Notes under the pieces: model-generated | Databases searched by the model: none | Seen by the model: only the letters and a program-made list of their open reading frames with translations | Told to the model about the DNA's origin: nothing | Shown here: positions 13,101-24,762 of the stretch, in pieces | How the letters are laid out: every line of letters starts with the position of its first letter | Position numbering within the stretch: position 1 is the stretch's first letter | Program-made: the position numbers and the translations under genes | Origin: Macrostomum lignano | Taxonomy: Eukaryota | NCBI GenBank assembly: GCA_002269645.1 | Contig: NIVC01001288.1 | Coordinates: forward strand, 5,340-69,339 | Length of the DNA stretch: 64,000 bases | Direction: 5' to 3'

Positions 13101-16100
13101 GCTTACGGCACCCAGATCCAAACTGAGGCCGGGAAACGCCTCTTCCACCGGGATCTGTGACTCACGCAGATACTGTATTTGGTTCGTATATGGTAATAAA
13201 TTAGCCTTTTGAAGTACAAGTTCAGCAATTACACGGTTTCTTTATTCGCAACAATACCTTTCCGGAGGGTGTTCACGCGCCCTCCTCGAGCGTTTACGTA
13301 GCTAGCTAGAGCGCAAAAAATGGTGTCAGAAGAGCCAAACTGAGTGTCAGGGAAGCCAAAATGAGTGTCAATAGAGGCAAAGTGAGTGCTTGTAGAGAGC
13401 CAGGTGAGTGTCTGTCATGGAAGACAAAGTAGCCCGCGAGAGCATATAGATATAGATATAGATATAGATATAGACATAGAGAAAAAGACGGTCACAAAAT
13501 ATTTTCCCAACCTGAGAATTTCTAGATTAACCGACTAGTAAAGCCTAATTTTCCGAGCCAATTTATAATGACCCCTATCTACATTTTAGTGATGAAACCT
13601 GAAAATTAACTTAAAAAGGCCACGGTAAAACCAAAGCTACAATTACAGTAATAAAACCATTTGGTGTATAATTATAATTCGGGTGCGCTTAACAATACGA
13701 ACGAACAGTACGACTGTAAGTAACAAGTAACAGAAAATTAGAAAGAAGTGCATTTAAATCTGACAGTGCGTCGCAAAATAATAGACAGACAGAAAGACAG
13801 ATAAGCAGGAGTCATGGACTGTGCCAACACATCCTGTGTGCATGCAGACGAAACAGCTGAGTGACTCAGAAGACGTATTTATGTGTATATAAAATTAATA
13901 GTCTGCAGAAATAAAGAAACTTTACGAATTCGCTACCTCAGCGCAGCTGTAGGCATCGCAAAGCAGTTCTCTGTTGTTTAGAATGTTTACGAGGTAGTGA
14001 AAGAAAACGAAAATGCTCAAGATTAACTAGCCTATTTCATTTCAGTAGTAAATATTAGGCAAACTGAAAAAAGGAATAAAAAAGTCTGAAACTCCAAGAC
14101 AGGGTTTTGAAGGCAGTTGTACATGTAGGACTTACACCCTGGAATAGTATTGAAGAAATTCTTGCTTTTCAGCTTATGTAATTTCGGGTATTATAAAAGA
14201 TTTTTAATCAGAGGCAAAAGGGAGCGTGTGCACCCATAACGCACTTTAAGTGACATCGCCACACAACCTGTGAGAGACTACTGCCCATTCCGCCGACTCC
14301 CGTGAGCAGGCGCGGATACGTACACAGTCATGCGCCCAGTTGCACACACCAAGGGCCAATGTATTCAATATTCGTGTAAATTTTAGGAGGTCGATTTCCT
14401 GGAAATATACACCTAGAAAAATCATTTTTTCATCACAAAATCAAAGATTGAATTTGATCTGGCGGCATTGAAGATTACCATTCCTTTAATTTAGCATAGA
14501 AAAAGCGTTACTCGGATGTGTTTTATATAGGTTAGAAGTTTCATTATATAGTTTTTTTTATTTCATAAGGCCAAGCCAAAGTTTTAAACTCAGAAGTTAA
14601 ACTGTTATTCGTTGTTCCTTGAATCAAGTACATTTGTAATAAAATGGTCCATGCAGGTTCTCTTAGCCTTAAGAAAGGCCTTGGCAATTTCTAAAGACTA
14701 GGTCAACAACAATATGAAAAAATTATATTGGTAAACTTTAAATTTCATGTTATTATTTAGACAGGTCTAGGAATAGCTACTAGTATGCATTATTGGGAAC
14801 TATAGCAACGATAATGGCTTAGAAACATGTATGCAACAATTTTATCACAAATATACTTTATTCAAGAAGCACCAAAACAAAAATTTCGGCGAGAGCGCCG
14901 CCCGAAACCACTAGGCTACTCCCAGTCCCCCCCCATTATAAAAGATAAAAAAACGACTGAAGGTAAATCAGGAATGACTGCGTTCTTTAATTTACCTATT
15001 ACACTCCTCAGTAGTCCAATGCAAGTACGCAGATTATTAAATTCGAGAAAAAACAATGAATATATAAAATATTCACACAACTGATGAGATTCGATCCTTG
15101 AACGCTTACCTGAAGAATCTGAGGTGGCCCCACAGAAGGAAGCAACCCATTATCAGCTGCCGGCTCTTCATCTGCCACTCCGACGGCCTCCGCTGTATCC
15201 ACAGTTTCAAGGCCGGCATTTTTTGAGCTTCCAGAGTTTACTAAAGAGTCGCCTTTCACATTGGTGTCGGATAGCTGCAGAGGTGGGTGGGAGTGACTGT
15301 TGCCTTTCACATTGGTGTCGGATAGCTGCAGAGGTGGGTGGGAGTGACTGTTGCCTTTCACATTGGTGTCGGATAGCTGCAGAGGTGGGTGGGAGTGACT
15401 GTTGCCTTTCACATTGGTGTCGGATAGTTGCAGAGGTGGGTGGGAGTGACTGACTGTTGCCTTTCACATTGGTGTCGGATAGCTGCAGAGGTGGGTGGGA
15501 GTGACTGTTGCCTTTCACATTGGTGTCGGATAGCTGCAGAGGTGGGTGGGAGTGACTGTTGCCTTTCACATTGGTGTCGGATAGTTGCAGAGGTGGGTGG
15601 GAGTGACTGACTGTTGCCTTTCACATTGGTGTCGGATAGTTGCAGAGGTGGGTGGGACTGACTGTTGCCTTTCACATTGGTGTCGGATAGCTGCAGAGGT
15701 GGGTGGGAGTGACTGACTGTTGCCTTTCACATTGGTGTCGGATAGCTGCAGAGGTGGGTGGGAGTGACTGTTGCCTTTCACATTGGTGTCGGATAGCTGC
15801 AGAGGTGGGAGTGACTGACTGTTGCCTTTCACATTGGTGTCGGATAGCTGCAGAGGTGGGTGATAGTGACTGACTGTTGCCTTTCACATTGGTGTCGGAT
15901 AGTTGCAGAGGTGGGTGGGACTGACTGTTGCCTTTCACATTGGTGTCGGATAGCTGCAGAGGTGGGAGTGACTGACTGTTGCCTTTCACATTGGTGTCGG
16001 ATAGCTGCAGAGGTGGGTGGGAGTGACTGTTGCCTTTCACATTGGTGTCGGATAGCTGCAGAGGTGGGTGGGAGTGACTGTTGCCTTTCACATTGGTGTC

Positions 16101-19100
16101 GGATAGCTGCAGAGGTGGGTGGGAGTGACTGTTGCCTTTCACATTGGTGTCGGATAGCTGCAGAGGTGGGTGGGAGTGACTGTTGCCTTTCACATTGGTG
16201 TCGGATAGCTGCAGAGGTGGGTGGGAGTGACTGTTGCCTTTCACATTGGTGTCGGATAGCTGCAGAGGTGGGTGATAGTGACTGACTGTTGCCTTTCACA
16301 TTGGTGTCGGATAGTTGCAGAGGTGGGTGGGACTGACTGTTGCCTTTCACATTGGTGTCGGATAGCTGCAGAGGTGGGAGTGACTGACTGTTGCCTTTCA
16401 CATTGGTGTCGGATAGCTGCAGAGGTGGGTGGGAGTGACTGTTGCCTTTCACATTGGTGTCGGATAGCTGCAGAGGTGGGTGGGAGTGACTGTTGCCTTT
16501 CACATTGGTGTCGGATAGCTGCAGAGGTGGGTGGGAGTGACTGTTGCCTTTCACATTGGTGTCGGATAGCTGCAGAGGTGGGTGGGAGTGACTGTTGCCT
16601 TTCACATTGGTGTCGGATAGCTGCAGAGGTGGGTGGGAGTGACTGTTGCCTTTCACATTGGTGTCGGATAGCTGCAGAGGTGGGTGATAGTGACTGACTG
16701 TTGCCTTTCACATTGGTGTCGGATAGTTGCAGAGGTGGGTGGGACTGACTGTTGCCTTTCACATTGGTGTCGGATAGTTGCAGAGGTGGGTGTGAGTGAC
16801 TGTTGCCTTTCACATTGGTGTCGGATAGCTGCAGAGGTGGGTGGGAGTGACTGTTGCCTTTCACATTGGTGTCGGATAGTTGCAGAGGTGGGTGGGAGTG
16901 ACTGACTGTTGCCTTTCACATTGGTGTCGGATAGTTGCAGAGGTGGGTGGGAGTGACTGACTGTTGCCTTTCACATTGGTGTCGGATAGCTGCAGAGGTG
17001 GGTGGGAGTGACTGTTGCCTTTCACATTGGTGTCGGATAGCTGCAGAGGTGGGTGGGAGTGACTGTTGCCTTTCACATTGGTGTCGGATAGCTGCAGAGG
17101 TGGGTGATAGTGACTGACTGTTGCCTTTCACATTGGTGTCGGATAGTTGCAGAGGTGGGTGGGACTGACTGTTGCCTTTCACATTGGTGTCGGATAGCTG
17201 CAGAGGTGGGAGTGACTGACTGTTGCCTTTCACATTGGTGTCGGATAGCTGCAGAGGTGGGTGGGAGTGACTGTTGCCTTTCACATTGGTGTCGGATAGC
17301 TGCAGAGGTGGGTGGGAGTGACTGTTGCCTTTCACATTGGTGTCGGATAGCTGCAGAGGTGGGTGGGAGTGACTGTTGCCTTTCACATTGGTGTCGGATA
17401 GCTGCAGAGGTGGGTGGGAGTGACTGACTGTTGCCTTTCACATTGGTGTCGGATAGCTGCAGAGGTGGGTGGGAGTGACTGTTGCCTTTCACATTGGTGT
17501 CGGATAGCTGCAGAGGTGGGTGATAGTGACTGACTGTTGCCTTTCACATTGGTGTCGGATAGTTGCAGAGGTGGGTGGGACTGACTGTTGCCTTTCACAT
17601 TGGTGTCGGATAGTTGCAGAGGTGGGTGTGAGTGACTGTTGCCTTTCACATTGGTGTCGGATAGCTGCAGAGGTGGGTGGGAGTGACTGTTGCCTTTCAC
17701 ATTGGTGTCGGATAGTTGCAGAGGTGGGTGGGAGTGACTGACTGTTGCCTTTCACATTGGTGTCGGATAGTTGCAGAGGTGGGTGGGAGTGACTGACTGT
17801 TGCCTTTCACATTGGTGTCGGATAGCTGCAGAGGCGGGTGGGAGTGACTGACTGTTGCCTTTCACATTGGTGTCGGATAGTTGCAGAGGTGGGAGTGACT
17901 GACTGTTGCCTTTCACATTGGTGTCGGATAGCTGCAGAGGTGGGTGGGAGTGACTGTTGCCTTTCACATTGGTGTCGGATAGTTGCAGAGGCGGGTGGGA
18001 GTGACTGACTGTTGCCTTTCACATTGGTGTCGGATAGTTGCAGAGGTGGGAGTGACTGACTGTTGCCTTTCACATTGGTGTCGGATAGTTGCAGAGGTGG
18101 GTGGGAGTGACTGACTGTTGCCTTTCACATTGGTGTCGGATAGCTGCAGAGGTGGGTGGGAGTGACTGTTGCCTTTCACATTGGTGTCGGATAGCTGCAG
18201 AGGTGGGTGGGAGTGACTGTTGCCTTTCACATTGGTGTCGGATAGCTGCAGAGGTGGGTGGCAGTGACTGTTGCCTTTCACATTGGTGTCGGATAGTTGC
18301 AGAGGTGGGTGGGAGTGACTGTTGCCTTTCACATTGGTGTCGGATAGCTGCAGAGGTGGGTGGGAGTGACTGACTGTTGCCTTTCACATTGGTGTCGGAT
18401 AGCTGCAGAGGTGGGTGGGAATGACTGTTGCCTTTCACATTGGTGTCGGATAGTTGCAGAGGCGGGTGGGAGTGACTGACTGTTGCCTTTCACATTGGTG
18501 TCGGATAGCTGCAGAGGTGGGTGGGAGTGACTGACTGTTGCCTTTCACATTGGTGTCGGATAGCTGCAGAGGTGGGAGTGACTGACTGTTGCCTTTTACA
18601 TTGGTGTCGGATAGCTGCAGAGGCGGGTGGGAGTGACTGACTGCTGCCTTTCACATTTGTGTTGGCTAGCTGCAGAGGTGGGTGGGAGTGACTGTTGCCT
18701 TTCACATTGGTGTCGGATAGCTGCAGAGGTGGGTGGGAGTGACTGTTGCCTTTCACATTGGTGTCGGATAGCTGCAGAGGTGGGTGATAGTGACTGACTG
18801 TTGCCTTTCACATTGGTGTCGGATAGTTGCAGAGGTGGGTGGGACTGACTGTTGCCTTTCACATTGGTGTCGGATAGCTGCAGAGGTGGGAGTGACTGAC
18901 TGTTGCCTTTCACATTGGTGTCGGATAGCTGCAGAGGTGGGTGGGAGTGACTGTTGCCTTTCACATTGGTGTCGGATAGCTGCAGAGGTGGGTGGGAGTG
19001 ACTGTTGCCTTTCACATTGGTGTCGGATAGCTGCAGAGGTGGGTGGGAGTGACTGTTGCCTTTCACATTGGTGTCGGATAGCTGCAGAGGTGGGTGGGAG

Positions 19101-22100
19101 TGACTGACTGTTGCCTTTCACATTGGTGTCGGATAGCTGCAGAGGTGGGTGGGAGTGACTGTTGCCTTTCACATTGGTGTCGGATAGCTGCAGAGGTGGG
19201 TGATAGTGACTGACTGTTGCCTTTCACATTGGTGTCGGATAGTTGCAGAGGTGGGTGGGACTGACTGTTGCCTTTCACATTGGTGTCGGATAGTTGCAGA
19301 GGTGGGTGTGAGTGACTGTTGCCTTTCACATTGGTGTCGGATAGCTGCAGAGGTGGGTGGGAGTGACTGTTGCCTTTCACATTGGTGTCGGATAGTTGCA
19401 GAGGTGGGTGGGAGTGACTGACTGTTGCCTTTCACATTGGTGTCGGATAGTTGCAGAGGTGGGTGGGAGTGACTGACTGTTGCCTTTCACATTGGTGTCG
19501 GATAGCTGCAGAGGCGGGTGGGAGTGACTGACTGTTGCCTTTCACATTGGTGTCGGATAGTTGCAGAGGTGGGAGTGACTGACTGTTGCCTTTCACATTG
19601 GTGTCGGATAGCTGCAGAGGTGGGTGGGAGTGACTGTTGCCTTTCACATTGGTGTCGGATAGTTGCAGAGGCGGGTGGGAGTGACTGACTGTTGCCTTTC
19701 ACATTGGTGTCGGATAGTTGCAGAGGTGGGAGTGACTGACTGTTGCCTTTCACATTGGTGTCGGATAGTTGCAGAGGTGGGTGGGAGTGACTGACTGTTG
19801 CCTTTCACATTGGTGTCGGATAGCTGCAGAGGTGGGTGGGAGTGACTGTTGCCTTTCACATTGGTGTCGGATAGCTGCAGAGGTGGGTGGGAGTGACTGT
19901 TGCCTTTCACATTGGTGTCGGATAGCTGCAGAGGTGGGTGGCAGTGACTGTTGCCTTTCACATTGGTGTCGGATAGTTGCAGAGGTGGGTGGGAGTGACT
20001 GTTGCCTTTCACATTGGTGTCGGATAGCTGCAGAGGTGGGTGGGAGTGACTGACTGTTGCCTTTCACATTGGTGTCGGATAGCTGCAGAGGTGGGTGGGA
20101 ATGACTGTTGCCTTTCACATTGGTGTCGGATAGTTGCAGAGGCGGGTGGGAGTGACTGACTGTTGCCTTTCACATTGGTGTCGGATAGCTGCAGAGGTGG
20201 GTGGGAGTGACTGACTGTTGCCTTTCACATTGGTGTCGGATAGCTGCAGAGGTGGGAGTGACTGACTGTTGCCTTTCACATTGGTGTCGGATAGCTGCAG
20301 AGGCGGGTGGGAGTGACTGACTGTTGCCTTTCACATTGGTGTCGGATAGTTGCAGAGGTGGGAGTGACTGACTGTTGCCTTTCACATTGGTGTCGGATAG
20401 TTGCAGAGGTGGGTGGGAGTGACTGACTGTTGCCTTTCACATTGGTGTCGGATAGCTGCAGAGGTGGGTGGGAGTGACTGTTGCCTTTCACATTGGTGTC
20501 GGATAGCTGCAGAGGTGGGTGGGAGTGACTGTTGCCTTTCACATTGGTGTCGGATAGCTGCAGAGGTGGGTGGCAGTGACTGTTGCCTTTCACATTGGTG
20601 TCGGATAGTTGCAGAGGTGGGTGGGAGTGACTGTTGCCTTTCACATTGGTGTCGGATAGTTGCAGAGGCGGGTGGGAGTGACTGTTGTCTTTCACATTGG
20701 TGTCGAATAGCTGCAGAGGTGGGTGGGAGTGACTGTTGCCTTTCACATTGGTGTCGTATAGTTGCAGAGGTGGGTGGGAGTGACTGTTGTCTTTCACATT
20801 GGTGTCGGATAGCTGCAGAGGTGGGTGGGAGTGACTGTTGCCTTTCACATTGGTGTCGGATAGTTGCAGAGGTGGGTGTGAGTGACTGTTGCCTTTCACA
20901 TTGGTGTCGGATAGCTGCAGAGGTGGGTGGGAGTGACTGACTGTTGCCTTTCACATTGGTGTCGGATAGTTGCAGAAGTGGGTGGGACTGACAGTTGCCT
21001 TTCGCATTGGTTACGGCCTGCTAAAATTACGGAGCCTGCTAAAAAATTTAATTAGTGAAAGTTGCTGAAAGATGCTGAACCGCGCTGTCTCTGGTCAACA
21101 AATATAGTTTTAAGCGTGTTTGCGGGTGCGATCGACTTTTCTTAGAAAGTACTGTTGTCCGACTTACATCGGAGTCGTCGTCCTGCACCAGCAGAACGCC
21201 GAACTCATCATCAACGCGCGGCTCCGGGTAGGCAGGGATGGTGAGGCCACCAGCCCTACTGCGTCCCAGGCGGCCCGACTGCGAGCTTCCACCGCTTCGA
21301 CCAGACCGCATAGAGCTACGCGAGCTGCGGGGCCCGCCACGCTTTCTCTGGCTGCTGCCACCTGCGCCACTCTGGGCCTCTATGACGTCTTCCTCTGTGG
21401 GGACAGAGTTGAGCTCTATTTTGACAGATTTCCAATAGGCGGTCTTCCCCTGGTTCTGTTTTAAATTTGACTGCTTTATTAGTCAATGCAAAGAAATTCT
21501 TTTCTGATGCTTAATCTTACTCTCGCTCTAATTTTTACACCGATGTGCGCAAAATCAAGGGAAAATTGAAGGTCACAAATTTTTGGGATAAGAAAAACTA
21601 GCAAGCACAAACGACAAACTAAACAGCGATAGCTTTTGAGAAATTCTGTGCATTTTTAAGGTCAGAAAAGACAGAGGCAGAGCAATATACGCTCGTATGT
21701 ATTTTCTTTTCTATAAATCCTTTCATGCAGATAGACAGCTTTGAAATGTGGAGCAAAAAGGGACACTGATGTGAAAACAGCGGAGGAATGAAAAGAGGGA
21801 GAAGTAGAGATTGCAACTAAATTTCCTATGCCCAACGACGATAAAGTAAAAGATACTTTTACAACCGTTTTGTCTGTACATACGTGGAATTTTTATATGT
21901 AGATTTTGTCTATCTACCGGCAGTGGGATGAGGTCGAAACCGATAAAATTACTAATTATGGACGTTCTTTTACGAGCTATAATTTATTCTTTTTTCGTTT
22001 TATTTGCCATACTCGGAGTTCGCCATGTTTGCAAAGTAGAGGAAAAGACAAAAACAAAAAGACTCAGGCAGTCTATGCAGGGCGTGTGAACAAAAATATG

Positions 22101-24762
22101 TAAACGAAATCCACGCTTTTTTTGTCGGATATATGTACCTGAGTTTGAGATTGCAGTAGCCTCGGTCTGACTTTCAGCCAAGCTGGCTCGCGCTGAGTCC
22201 TCTGGTGCCGTGTTTTCCATTACATATTTTGGAGTAGCTATTAATGCAACCAAAACAGTGGTTATTCATAAATGCGTAACTTGGAAAGTTAAACTAAATT
22301 GAGTGGCCAAAAATGTTGAAACAGATATTTTGATCATAGCAATTGTATGATGCTTCGTGAAAAAAAGGCTATCATAATTATACGAGTATGAATTAGTTAG
22401 AGTTCAAACTCAGGTATTTTTTATATATCTTTTTCTTTTTAGCACCCTCAAACCCGCTGGCTGCTCTGCAGCCATCTGCCATCCGCGGAATGCCCGCCGC
22501 CACAGCTGTCTGTGGCCAGGACCAGCGGCACCCTGCAACTCTGAGAAAACCCACTGCGGCTGCAGAGCAGCCATCAAAGAAATAGAGCATGTTATAGTTA
22601 GCCTAGACGTGTTGAAACGGGGAGAAACGCACGGCATCCCGCCCGCTGCAATAATCTATGGCCAACTTCAATAAGTAAAAAAACTCGTATGCATATAAGT
22701 ATCTAGTTAATGTTTCTACAACTTGTATATTTTAAAAGTAAAGCTTAGTGCTGCTTAATAATTCTTAGTATCAGTTACTATTTTTTCAATTCGCAAAATA
22801 AGGAGTTTTGGCCATAGACAATTTTTTGATTTCATTACTTCTTTCTTTGTCTTGTGTGCTGGAGTGCTAATGTGGAGGCTCTGCCCCCACACCCCCGCAA
22901 GGGGGCTCAGCGCCCCCTTGACCCCGCTTTCTTCTGACTTTGCCATAGACATTTTCAGCGGGCCGTGAAACCGACTGAATGCATTGGAATAAATGGGATT
23001 TTACCATAGACAGTCTCAGCGGCCAGTGAAACGCGGTTTCACGCCCGCTAACTATAACACTAATATGGATGGGCCGCATCGGGTAGAAACGAGCTATAAC
23101 GCCGAGGCGCGTACCCCTCTGCAGCCCATCATATTGGTATAGTGTGAGCTTTATATTGCCCGCTATTCCAAGCAGTTTGTCAAGTTGCGGGGTTTATTTT
23201 TTAACGATTTGTCTATGGTTGCTCTATATGAGATAAAGCACGCTATTTTCCGGACACTATTTACTTAGTGCCTGGAGTGCCCGGAAAATCGTGCTTTATG
23301 TTCTACTTAAATCACTTTAAAGCTCACTTTCAGGGAGGTTATTGACATAGATTTTATTTTGCGGGATTTAATCGACTTTCCCGGACATATTGCAATGATT
23401 ATTGTATGTATCTAAATAAGCGAGCTTCTCTCTTCTCTTCCTTCGTGACTCGAGAAATTTCTTAATGAAATTTTGTCCATGGTAAGAATGTGGGGGCTTC
23501 GCCCCCACACCCCCATCCTCAACTTCAACCATAGACATACAAGTATGGCTTCGGGATTTATCTGAATACATCCCGCAAAGTTAAAGTAGTATAATCCATA
23601 GAAATAAAGACTTTCCGTGACAATATTTGCGTTCTCCCGGATTTTATTTGGTAATATTCAATAACATCCCGTAAAGTCTTCATGTCTATGGTTTATACGA
23701 GATTACACATGCCTTTTCGGGAGTTATTTTCATAAATCCCTCGGGCCTCAAGCCCTCGTGACTTATACAAATAACTCCCTTAAAAGGCATGTTTAATCTG
23801 ATACTTAAATAAGATATTCTATGGGTTTTTCGGTCGGTTTTTCACTAATCACATACCGACCTCAAACCCATAGAATATCTTATACATAGCACTCATTTTT
23901 ACACAGCATTAGTGAATCTATGGCTACTCTGCAGCCAGCGGGTTTTCAAAGAGTGAATGCTGTGGCTGCTTGTGGGCAGACGCAGATGTCTAATGGCTGC
24001 TCTGCAGCCAACGGTTTTTCTCAGAGTGAGTGCACAGGCTTGAGGGGCAGAAGTGGTTTTAAAGGGCTATCAAGCACATTAATGGAACAGCGTAATAAAG
24101 CATAGACGTCATATACATGCATATATTTTTGGAGAACCTAAACCAGTGTACATGTAAGCATGTGGGCGCGGAATGTCTAGCATCAATTAAGCAACCAAAT
24201 GGAGCCCGAATTCAGGCCTGGACCAAACCGATTATGATGAATTAGCTGACGTGTTGGGGGTTGTCGCTGACTATTGACTGGCTAACTAACTTAACTATTA
24301 AACTTTGACGACTCACTTTGTGCCCTGCTGACCGTGCCAAGCGTGCACCCACTCATGCGTGCATCAATACATACTTCAAATTTATCGAATTTGTGCATAA
24401 ATTGATGTGATATATCTCCATTTAGGTTAGATACAAGCGTATATGGCTTTCTTGTTCGCATTGAAAATGCATGGAAGCGGGCGAATAAATTGACATTGTA
24501 CGAGCTTATATAAACTCGAATTGGGAAATATTTCGTTCAAAATATACAAACATTTTCACTCACCTTTTCTCCCTGACTCAGCGTTTCCCGGTTCACTTTT
24601 GACAGACTGCTGATCAGACTGCTGTCGCAGCCGCATATCCTCTATCCAGCTCCACTCTGTCTGTGTCGCCAGGGATATGATACTCAGCTCCCTACCATCA
24701 AAGCCTTTCATCACGGCAGACACAGGGTCCGAAATGCCTTGGACGAGACAATCCTGATCCAT
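4174..24762 (-). CDS. ERICH6: ERICH6/FAM194-family protein, ~749 aa, 14 predicted exons
   Basis: Phase-consistent GT-AG exons: 24762-24564, 22237-22139, 21394-21168, 15274-15110, 13154-12957, 12821-12691, 12278-12214, 11817-11752, 9458-9283, 9032-8968, 8836-8760, 8731-8428, 8050-7804, 4404-4174 (2250 nt). Recognisable motifs: CDFCG..LYCC, RCLEEGWTL, FAM194 domain YPNGKKFVTMFADRTGNVFYPSGRLAI, PFQPISLALNKTVGLR. The two small exons near 8.8-9.0 kb are the least certain. AATAAA on minus at 3909-3914. Confidence 0.85.
4586..5045 (-). mobile_element. 5'-truncated Penelope-like retroelement 3' end (GIY-YIG endonuclease C-terminus plus pLTR/3' UTR)
   Basis: Minus frame reads SAIQNHLLECNSCSNCKPEERFKVIDQC*FDSKLQILEALYIKAHSPNLNTQ..VLRVF*, typical of a Penelope endonuclease C-terminus with one in-frame stop. 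A hammerhead motif follows. Confidence 0.8.
4624..4655 (-). ncRNA. Minimal type I hammerhead ribozyme motif (PLE-type)
   Basis: Minus strand CUGAAGA-U-GCAC-AGUAUC-GUGC-GAAA-C-GC-G-UC: full catalytic core, 4-bp stem II, palindromic ACGCGU stem III. Stem I is weak. Confidence 0.75.
5050..5946 (+). mobile_element. Non-autonomous Helitron-like element carrying a 17-bp minisatellite; 5' end unclear
   Basis: Ends in the hairpin AGCCACCC-GGA-GGGGGGCT followed by AAATGG-CTAG (5943-5946) and T, the canonical Helitron 3' end. Confidence 0.6.
5075..5697 (+). repeat. 17-bp minisatellite GCTAATCT(A/G)GGCTGAGT with degenerate flanks
   Basis: About 20 near-perfect copies at ~5270-5620; degenerate GCTAATCTGG copies on both sides. 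Confidence 0.95.
5947..7363 (+). mobile_element. Non-autonomous Helitron-like element carrying a 24-bp minisatellite
   Basis: Starts TCCATATACTAAAAATG directly after the previous CTAG. Contains AAAACGGCTCAACCGATTTT, resembling the Helitron/DINE-type subterminal core. Ends in a GC hairpin (GCGCCCC-GAA-GGGGGGCCGC), then CTAG (7360-7363) and T. Confidence 0.65.
6645..7142 (+). repeat. 24-bp minisatellite GCACTTGATAA(A/G)CCAAGGATTA(T/C)T, ~20 copies
   Basis: Visible tandem repeat. It produces the spurious ALDKPRII, CNNPWFIK and LHLINQGL ORFs. Confidence 0.97.
7364..7586 (+). mobile_element. Inverted copy of the Penelope-like pLTR segment
   Basis: Reverse complement of 4586-4807 with only a few mismatches over ~220 bp. 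Confidence 0.85.
7516..7547 (+). ncRNA. Minimal type I hammerhead ribozyme motif (PLE-type)
   Basis: CTGAAGA-T-GCAC-AGTATC-GTGC-GAAA-CGCGTC; predicted cleavage after C7547. Identical to the copy at 4624-4655. Confidence 0.75.
8343..8368 (+). repeat. (GT)n microsatellite in an ERICH6 intron
   Basis: About 13 TG/GT dinucleotides. Confidence 0.95.
9998..10255. mobile_element. MITE-like element
   Basis: 19-bp inverted termini CAACATTGAAAAGTCGCCA / TGGCGACTTTTCGATGTTG with one mismatch. No clear TSD. Confidence 0.5.
14198..14345 (-). mobile_element. Partial (3' part) copy of the tRNA-derived SINE
   Basis: Aligns by eye with the SINE copies at 27.8 kb and 36.0 kb (GCACTTTAAGTGACAT..ACAAC..GCGAGAG..TACTGCCCATTCCGCCGACTCCC..GAGCAGGC). 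Confidence 0.7.
15248..21011 (-). repeat. 51/55-bp tandem array (~110 units, estimated) built from the ERICH6 exon-4 splice acceptor and the exon start
   Basis: Minus-strand unit: (CAGT)CACTCCCACCCACCTCTGCAG|CTATCCGACACCAATGTGAAAGGCAACAGT. The last copy runs straight into the exon LSDTNVKGDSLVNS. Higher-order periods of 412 bp and 1680 bp are visible in the ORF track. Confidence 0.97.
22420..24110. mobile_element. Cluster of nested short non-autonomous elements, family uncertain
   Basis: About 11 CCATAGA/TCTATGG motifs in both orientations. Repeated CTGCAGAGCAGCC blocks at both ends in inverted orientation. Two GGCT(C/T)(T/C)GCCCCCACACCCCC motifs. Confidence 0.45.

Noticed and set aside
15207-20954. 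Dozens of ORFs (MKGNSHSHPPLQ.., CCLSHWCRIAAEVGGSD..)
   Set aside because: They are translations of the tandem repeat. Only the final LSDTNVKG copy joins a real exon.
15248-21011. CRISPR-like appearance of the long regular arrays (also 34573-35405 and 39426-39928)
   Set aside because: Units are head-to-tail with no unique spacers, there are no cas genes, and the context is eukaryotic.
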